Made by a program: the position numbers and the translations under genes. Source: Heteronotia binoei (taxonomy: Eukaryota). From it: a stretch of DNA of 64,000 nt. Positions 56,008 to 64,000 of this stretch are shown in pieces. Location of the stretch: positions 52,886,001 through 52,950,000 of the forward strand of contig NC_083239.1 in the NCBI RefSeq assembly GCF_032191835.1, written 5' to 3'. Each line of letters begins with the position of its first letter. The stretch's first letter is position 1. Below the pieces are notes generated by a model. That model did not search any database and was not told where the DNA came from. It worked only from the letters and a program-made list of their open reading frames with translations.

Positions 56008-57504
56008 GTGAGGAGAAGCACAGCTAACGGTGGGGCACCCGAAAGCTTCATATTGCTGGTGACATCTCGCTGAAATGCCACGAACATGAATGGGATAGAA
56101 TCCAAGTCGGAAAGGCCGTAGCGGCCATCTAGTCCAAACTCCTGCTCAATGCAGGATCAGCTTAGGAAGTTCTTCCTAATGTTGAGCTGGAAACTCTTCT
56201 GATTTAATTTCAACCCATTGGTTCTGGTCCTGCCTTCTGGGGCCACAGAAGACAATTCCACACCATCCTCTACATGATAGTCCTTCAAGTACTTGAAGAT
56301 GGTGATCATATCACCTCTCAGCCGCCTCCTCTCCAGGCTAAACACCCCCAGCTCCTTCAGTCTTTCCTCACAGGACTTGGTCTCCAGACCGCTCACCATC
56401 TTTGTCACCCTCCTCTGAACCCGTTCCAGCTTGTCTAGATCCTTCTTAAAATGTGGTGTCCAAAAATGAACACAATACTCCAGGTGAGGTCTTACCAGAG
56501 CAGAGTAAAGCGATATCATCACATCACGTGATCTGGACACTAGACTTCTGTTGATGCAGCCCAGAATTTCATTTGCCTTGCTAGCCACCGCATCACACTG
56601 TTGACTCATGTTCAGCAGATGGTCCACTAAGACCCCTAGATCCTTTTCGCACAGACTACTGCTAAGACAAGTCTCCTGCATCCTATAACCATGCATTGGA
56701 TTTTTCCTACCTAAATGCAGAACTTTACATTTATCCCTGTTACATTTATCCTGTGAGCTCCTGCTGAATAGGAGGCCTGGTTCTGCACCTGCTCCATTCT
56801 CTCCACCTCCAGAACCACCCACGGCATTCCAGGTGCGGCTTGCAGCGGGCAGGCCTCGGTTGTAGCCGACTCCTTCGTCTCCCGCTGGCTTTAGCTGCCT
56901 ACGGTTCACCCGTGGACTCCGCTGGAGTCCAGTGTGGGGTTTGTTTAGCTCAAAACCAGTATGCTTCCCAGCCCTTTGGCATATTGCATATACCAACCCA
57001 TCCTATGGCAAACTATATGGATGTTATAATCTCTTGAGTAACCATGCCCTCTATTTAAACTAACAAAGCCAGAATGTTACCAAGATTTATGGCACTTCGC
57101 ACCTACAACAGAAGTCTGCTTTTTAACGCCCTTTAGTGTTGTTTCAGCCCTGCTTTGTCCTGACACTAACAAACACAGATCCCTATTTGTGATTCTTTTA
57201 ATCTGCTAAAAACATTCCCACGATTCCACACTGCCCACTTATATTACGAATTGCTGCTTGCCATTCCCATTTTGTCTGATGAAGTCCGCTCGAGAGCGTA
57301 CGAGAGCTTCCGTTCGGAATAAAGCTTAGTTGGTCTTAAAGGTGGACTTGTCTACTGCTTTGTTCGCTTCCCAGCCCTGTAAAGGGGGAGCCGCAGGCCA
57401 GGCGAGCATCAGAGCCTTCCGCCTGCTTCTCTGGCAAGATCCGTTCAAAACGGGGGGATTCCCTGGGCCGATCCTAACCTCCCTCCTCCCCCTCTGTCTT
57501 TCAG

Positions 57505-57567
57505 GACGCCATGAGGCTCTATTACGTTTGCACAGCCCCCCACTGCGGCCACCGCTGGACCGAGTGA
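57505..57567 (+). CDS. POLR2I: POLR2I exon 6 and stop
   Basis: DAMRLYYVCTAPHCGHRWTE*. The six exons total 378 nt, or 125 aa plus stop. Confidence 0.97.
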   Translation, partial: DAMRLYYVCTAPHCGHRWTE

Positions 57568-57662
57568 AGAGCTCGTTGGCAAAGCCCCACCCCTCCTTCA
57601 CCGGAAACGCTCTTTGTTCCCGTCTGTGCTGCGAGGCCCTGTGAACTGCGGCGGAGACTGTT

Positions 57663-57668
57663 AATAAA
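57663..57668 (+). promoter_or_regulatory. POLR2I: POLR2I polyadenylation signal
   Basis: AATAAA about 95 nt after the stop, followed by a GT/T-rich tract. Confidence 0.75.
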
Positions 57669-58069
57669 ACTGGTTTGGTATTTTTTTAAAAAAGGAGGAA
57701 ATCGTGGGCCCCTTTGCCAGGACCTTTTGCGTGCGTGATACTGACGTCTGGCCAGGTTTCGGGTTTGCATAATTCCAGCAGGCTCCAGGAAGAAGGAAAG
57801 GAGCGGCTCTGGGCACTTGGGGTGGGCGGATCTCTCTTCCCAGGCTGAAAGGTGCGTGACTGCAAGGGAGAAGAGCTGACCGCTGCCTCTCTCTAGGGAA
57901 GAAAGCGGGAGCCCTGCTGTCTTGTGAGCTGAAAGGGGCTCAAACGTTTCCCCAGACTGCTCTGGCGACAAAGGGAACCCAGTCTTTGCACAGGCCTGGG
58001 CATTCGGCATCCAGAGGAACTTGGCAGCCAGGGTGGCGCAGTGGTTAGAGTGGCTGTGCCCACCAGCAC

Positions 58070-58840
58070 CTTTCATAGACTCCTAGAGGTGGAAGGGACC
58101 TCCAGGGTCATCTAGTCCAGCCCCCTGCGCAATGCAGGAAACTCACAAGTGCCTTCCCCTAAATTCACAGGATAGAATCCTAGAATCACAGAGTTGGAAG
58201 GGACCTCCAGAGTCATCTGGTCCAACCCCCTGCACAATGCAGGAGACTCACAAACCCCTCCCCCTAAATTCACAGGATAGAATCCTAGAATCACAGAGTT
58301 GGAAGGGATCTCCAGGGTCATCTAGTCCAACCCCCTGCACAATGCAGGAAACTCACAAACACCTTCCCCTAAATTCACAGGATAGAATCCTAGAATCACA
58401 GAGTTGGAAGGGACCTCCAGGGTCATCTAGTCCAACCCCCTGCGCAATGCAGGAAACCCACAAATTCCTCCCCCTAAAATCACAGGATCCACATTGCTGT
58501 CAGATGGCCCTCTAGCCTCTGTTTAAAGACCCCCAAGGAAGGAGAGCCCACCACCTCCCGAGGAAGCCTGTTCTACTGAGGAATCGCTCTAACGGCCAGG
58601 AAGCTCTTCCTCATGTTGAGCCAGAAACTCTTGATTTAATTTCCACCCATTGGTTCTGGTCCTACCTTCCAGGGCCACAGAAAACAATTCCACACCATCC
58701 TCTACAGGACAGCCCTTCAAGTACTTGAAGATGGTGATCCTATCACCTCCTCTCCAGGCTAAACATCCCCAGCTCCTTCAACCTTTCCTCATAGGTCTCC
58801 AGACCCCTCACCATCTTCGTCGCCGTCCTCTGGACCCCTT
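58070..58840 (-). repeat. CR1 3' fragment with 4 tandem 105-bp terminal units
   Basis: gatagaatcctagaatcacagagttggaaggg at 58171, 58276 and 58381. Confidence 0.85.
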
Positions 58841-59832
58841 CCAGCTTGCCTTTCTTAGCACCCCTCAAATGTTTTTAGAAAATGGGTGGGGCTCCTGCCC
58901 AGCAGAGCTTCTGATTGGTCTCTGGGGATTTGATTTGGCAGTGTGGATTAAAACAACCTCACTTAGGCGGCAGCTGCCACCACCGTGTTGGCTTTATTCT
59001 CTCTCACTCCGAATTCATGTATTTTTCAAAACGGCTCCTCTTGGACCCTGCCCTAGGGCTTCTTTTTTTGGGGGGGGCTCTGCCAGTTGTTCCCACCCCC
59101 CTTTATCCAAAATCCCAAAGTCGCCCACCAGCTCAGAAAGGTCGGGGCGAGAGTGTCGAACTGTGGGGGGACCTGGGTTCGAATCACTGCTCTTCCATGG
59201 GAGCTTGCTGGGTGACCTGGGACCAGTCCTACGCAGGGGTTGCTGCGGTGAGGATAAAGCGGAGGAGAAGAGGGTGAGGGAAGCTGCTTTGGAGAAAAAG
59301 GCAGGATATAAATGAAGTAAGCGTCTAAAAATTGTGTCTTTAAAATTACACTTTGACCCTGGAGAAGTGCTTTCGAAACGGGGAGGTGCCCAGTGGAAGT
59401 GTGGGAGGGCTTAATAGGGCCTTCTGCCCCCCCTCCCCCCAAAAAACGAGAGAGCAGCTCCAGGGACTTGGTTCACTTACGTTAGATTGGGATCCCCACT
59501 GCTTTGAGGCCCCACAATGGCTGCCACAGGAGGCGGGGCCAAATGCAAAATGGCTGCCACAGGAGGCGGGGCCAAGTGGAAGAGTTCCCTTCACCACACC
59601 TCCCAAGAAGAAGGAAATCTTGAAGTGGGAACGGAGCCACATACTAAGGATTGCTGGATGCGTACACCAGTCTTCCTCGCCCTCCGGTGGAAACCCGTTC
59701 ATTTGAGGGAGGGCCAGCCCGTAATGAACACGGCCTTAAGGTGGCCCCGCCCACTTTCTGAAAAGCTGCCGTGTTGGAGAAGCCTGTCCAAGATTTTTTA
59801 AATTGTCCTTGGCCCTGGGTCCAAAGCTTTTT

Positions 59833-59838
59833 TTTATT
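59833..59838 (-). promoter_or_regulatory. OVOL3: Candidate OVOL3 polyadenylation signal
   Basis: AATAAA about 20 nt downstream of the TGA. Confidence 0.5.
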
Positions 59839-59856
59839 TCGAAGCAGCAGGTCTCC

Positions 59857-60255
<399 letters not shown>

Positions 60256-61589
60256 TCAAAATTGTTTCTGTTGCTTTAGACCAGGGGTGGCCAAACTGGC
60301 TTGAGAGCCGCACGTGGCCCTTGAACACATACTCTGTAGCTCTCGAAGCTGCCCCCGCCCCGTTGGCTGGCTTGGAGAAGGAGGTTGTCTCTTTAAATTA
60401 CTTCCCCAAGCAGGTGGCAGCTTGGAGAATGCATTTAACGTTGAAGTTGCTTTCTTTCTACCTCTCTCCCCCTCAGTCAGTCTGTCTATCTAAAAGAGAG
60501 CATTGGGAAAAGTGCAGAAAAGGGCAACTAGAAGGATTAAAGGGTTGGAACCCTTTCCCTATGAAGGAAGGTTAAAACGCTCGGGGCTCTTTAGCTTGGA
60601 GAAACGTCGACTGCGGGGTGACATGATAGAGGTTTACAAGATAATGCATGGGATGGAGAAAGTAGAGAAATCCTTTTCTCCCTTTCTCACAATACGAGAA
60701 CTCGTGGGCATTCAGTGAAACTGCTGAGCAGTCGGGTTAGAACGGATAAAAGAAAGTCCTTCACCCAAAGGGTGATTATGTGGAATTCACTGCCACAGGA
60801 GGTGGCGGTGGCTACAAACATAGCCAGTTTCAAGAGGGGATTGGATAAACATGGAGCAGAGGTCCATCAGTGGCTTTTAGCCACAGCATATTGTTGGAAC
60901 TCTGTCTGGGGCAGTGGTGCACCGTATTCTTGGTGCTTGGGGGGGGGGGGGGCACAGTGGGAGGGCTTCTAGTGTCCTGGCCCCACTGGTGGACCTCCTG
61001 ATGGCACTTGGGTTTTTTGGCCACTGTGTGACACAGAGTGTTGGACTGGATGGGCCATTGGCCTGATCCAACATGGCTTTTCTTGACTGTCTGTCTATCA
61101 TCTTCCTTCCTACCTACATCTGATGCTTATTCTATGTGGTTCTTACTTAACCACTCCTGCTTCAGACCAACACGGTGACCCCCCTCCCCCCCGGAATCCA
61201 CAACTACAAAGGTGAGTGATGTGAGAGAAAAGACAGAAGGGGATGCGGCTCAAAGCAGAAGAACCTCTGCTTTGTCCGCAGAAGGAATCAGGTTTGATCC
61301 CCAGCGTTTCCACTTAGATGATACAACAGAGTAGAAACTTGTGTCATATGATTGATTCCCCCCACCCCGGTCTCTCACTAGGTAGGGGAAGGGTTTGTCT
61401 GTTGACGGGGCCTTTGCCCCTATTGCGGTTTGGGTTTGGACCCAATCCAACTGTTATGATCAGCCCTAGCAAGCATATTTTGAATTCATTTGTTCATTTT
61501 GCTTCAAATGCATCCCTGCTAGGCTGGAGTGTAGTAGCTCAGCAGAGGCCCCCAGAGGTTTTGGAGCCACCACCCTCCCCCCCCCCCCC

Positions 61590-62640
61590 ATAAGAACATA
61601 AGAGAAGTCATGTTGGATCAGGCCAATGGACCATCCAGTCCAACACTGTCACACAGTGGCCAATATGTGTGTGTATACACACACACACACACACATACAT
61701 ACATACATATACGCACACACACACATATATATACACACACACACCGGCTAATAGCCACTGATGGACCTCTGCTCCATATTTTTATCCAATCCCCTCTTAA
61801 AGCTGGCTATGCTTGTGGCCACCACCACCTCCTGTGGCAGTGAATTTCACATGTTAATCACCCTTTGGGTAAAGAAGTACTTCCTTTTATCCATTTTAAC
61901 CTGACTGCTCAGCAATTTCATTGAATGCCCACGAGTTCTTGTATTGTGAGAAAGGGAGAAAAGTACTTCTGTCTCTACTTTCTCCATCCCATGCATAATC
62001 TTGTAAACCTCTATCATGTCACCCCGCAGTCGACGTTTCTCCAAGCTAAAGAGCCCCAAGTGTTTTAACCTTTCTTCATAGGGAAAGTGAGCCAAACCTT
62101 TAATCCTTCTAGTTGCCCTTTTCTGGACTTTCTCCAATGCTATAATATCCTTTTTGAGGTGCGGTGACCAGAATTGTACACAGTATTCCAGATGAGACCG
62201 CACCTTCGATTTATACAGGAGCATTATGATACTGGCTGATTTGTTTTCAGTTCCCTTCCTAATAATTCTCAGCATGGCGTTGGCCTTTTTTTATTGCAAA
62301 CGCACACTGTCTTGACACTTTGAGTTATCTACCACGACCCCAAGATCTCTCTCTTGGTCAGTCTCTGCCAGTTCACACCCCATCAACTTGATTTTGTAGC
62401 TGGGATTCTTGGCCCCAATGTGCATTACTTTGCACTTGGCCACATTGAACCACATCTGCCACGTTGACGCCCACTCACCCAGCCTCAACAGATCCCTTTG
62501 GAGTGCCTCACAATCCTCTCTGGTTCTCACCGCCCTGAACGATTTAGTGTCATCTGCAAACTTGGCCACTTCACTGCTAACTCCTAACTCCAGATCATTA
62601 ATGAACAAGTTAAAGAGGATGGGACCCAGTACTGAACCCC
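61590..62640 (-). mobile_element. CR1 LINE, 5'-truncated about 60 nt from the OVOL3 donor
   Basis: GSVLGPILFNLFINDL..KFADDTK..HLEYCVQFWSPHLKKD through to the 3' tail. Confidence 0.9.
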
Positions 62641-62646
62641 GCTTCA

Positions 62647-63000
<354 letters not shown>

Positions 63001-63518
63001 TCAGCCGGGGCTCCGGGGACTGCACTGGCTGCCAATAATATACCGGGTTCGGTACAAGGTGCTGGTTATTACCTTTAAAGCCCTATATGGCCTAGGACCT
63101 GCCTACCTGAGGGACCGTCTCTCCCAACATGTTCCCCAGAGAGTGCTTAGATCTGGTTCTCAAAATCTACTAACAATCCCCGGGCCGAAGGAGGCCTGTC
63201 TGAAGTCAACCAGGGACAGGGCCTTTTTGATTACAGCCCCTTGCTAGAGGTGAGGGCCCTGCGGGACCTTGGGCAGTTCCACAGGGCCTGTAAGACAGTC
63301 CTCTTCCGGTTGGCATATAACTGACCGGTACCTGAAAAACCCCAAAGGAAGGTTGTAGGATAGCACATTGATAGATCGTTTTCTTGTTTTAACTGCTGTA
63401 AACTATTTAATGTATTTTAATATTCATTAATCTTATTGTTAGAATTTTATGTTGTGAGCTGCCCTGAGTTGCCTCGGTGGGGAGGGCAGGATATAAATCG
63501 AATAAAATGAAAATGAAA

Positions 63519-64000
63519 TGATGCAGTTTGTTTGGTACGGATAAAGGATTGGATAGTGTTATTAAACAGAAAATTATTAACATTAGAAGGCCATGGAAAG
63601 GTTTTTGGTTGGCATGCATATTTGTGCTATGGGAAAAGTAAAATGGATGGTTTTTTCTCACATTATGTAAGAAGTAGTTTGCTTAAAACTTGGTTGAAAT
63701 ACCAAAAATATGGAGATGAGAGGAAACCGCTGTGGATTGTGCCAACGGAAGTAATAAAGTTATATTCGGACACTGAGGAAGAGAAATGCTTACCATATAA
63801 ACAATTGTTAAAAATACAAGGAGGAAAAGCAGAATTAAAATCAGTGGAAGAATTGGATTATAAATTTAATTGGTTTCAATGGTTACAAATTAAAAGTCTG
63901 CTGAAGCAGGATATTAGGAATGAAGGAACAAGACAAGAAGAAACAGAAATGGAGAAAATGCTGTTTGGTGAGGACGTAAAATTAATCTCAAGAGTATATA
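63519..64000 (+). mobile_element. L1-clade ORF2 C-terminal region, uninterrupted frame running off the window
   Basis: IKDWIVLLNRKLLTLEGHGKVFGWHAYLCYGK..HYVRSSLLKTWLKY..FNWFQWLQIKS..KLISRVY. About 160 codons without a stop. Confidence 0.7.

Noticed and set aside
57270-57325. Hammerhead-like motif in sense orientation in POLR2I intron 5
   Set aside because: GAAA is mutated to GAGA and helices I and II are mismatched, so it is very unlikely to be active.

Overview
Vertebrate genomic DNA from a squamate reptile, most likely a gecko, judged from the SINE, CR1 and hAT repertoire. Gene order: [NKPD1-like paralog 1, minus strand, runs off the left edge] - [NKPD1-like paralog 2, minus] - TBCB (minus, 6 exons, 244 aa, complete) - POLR2I (plus, 6 exons, 125 aa, complete, head-to-head with TBCB) - OVOL3 (minus, last two zinc-finger exons, 5' end not identified in the window). 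I checked the splice junctions by hand: all are GT-AG with matching phases. Highlights: (1) a tandem cluster of KAP-family P-loop genes with differently degenerated Walker motifs. Paralog 2 can end in either of two duplicated, intact SAM-like terminal exons. (2) Penelope-like element fragments carrying minimal hammerhead-ribozyme cores, one intact and in sense orientation in TBCB intron 1, with a compensatory stem change visible between copies. (3) The TBCB/POLR2I divergent promoter region is interrupted by about 0.9 kb of transposon sequence. (4) At least ten tandem arrays built from SINE, CR1 or MITE fragments, which explain most long ORFs in the supplied track. Repeat family names come from motif recognition only, not from database searches, and most repeat boundaries are approximate.
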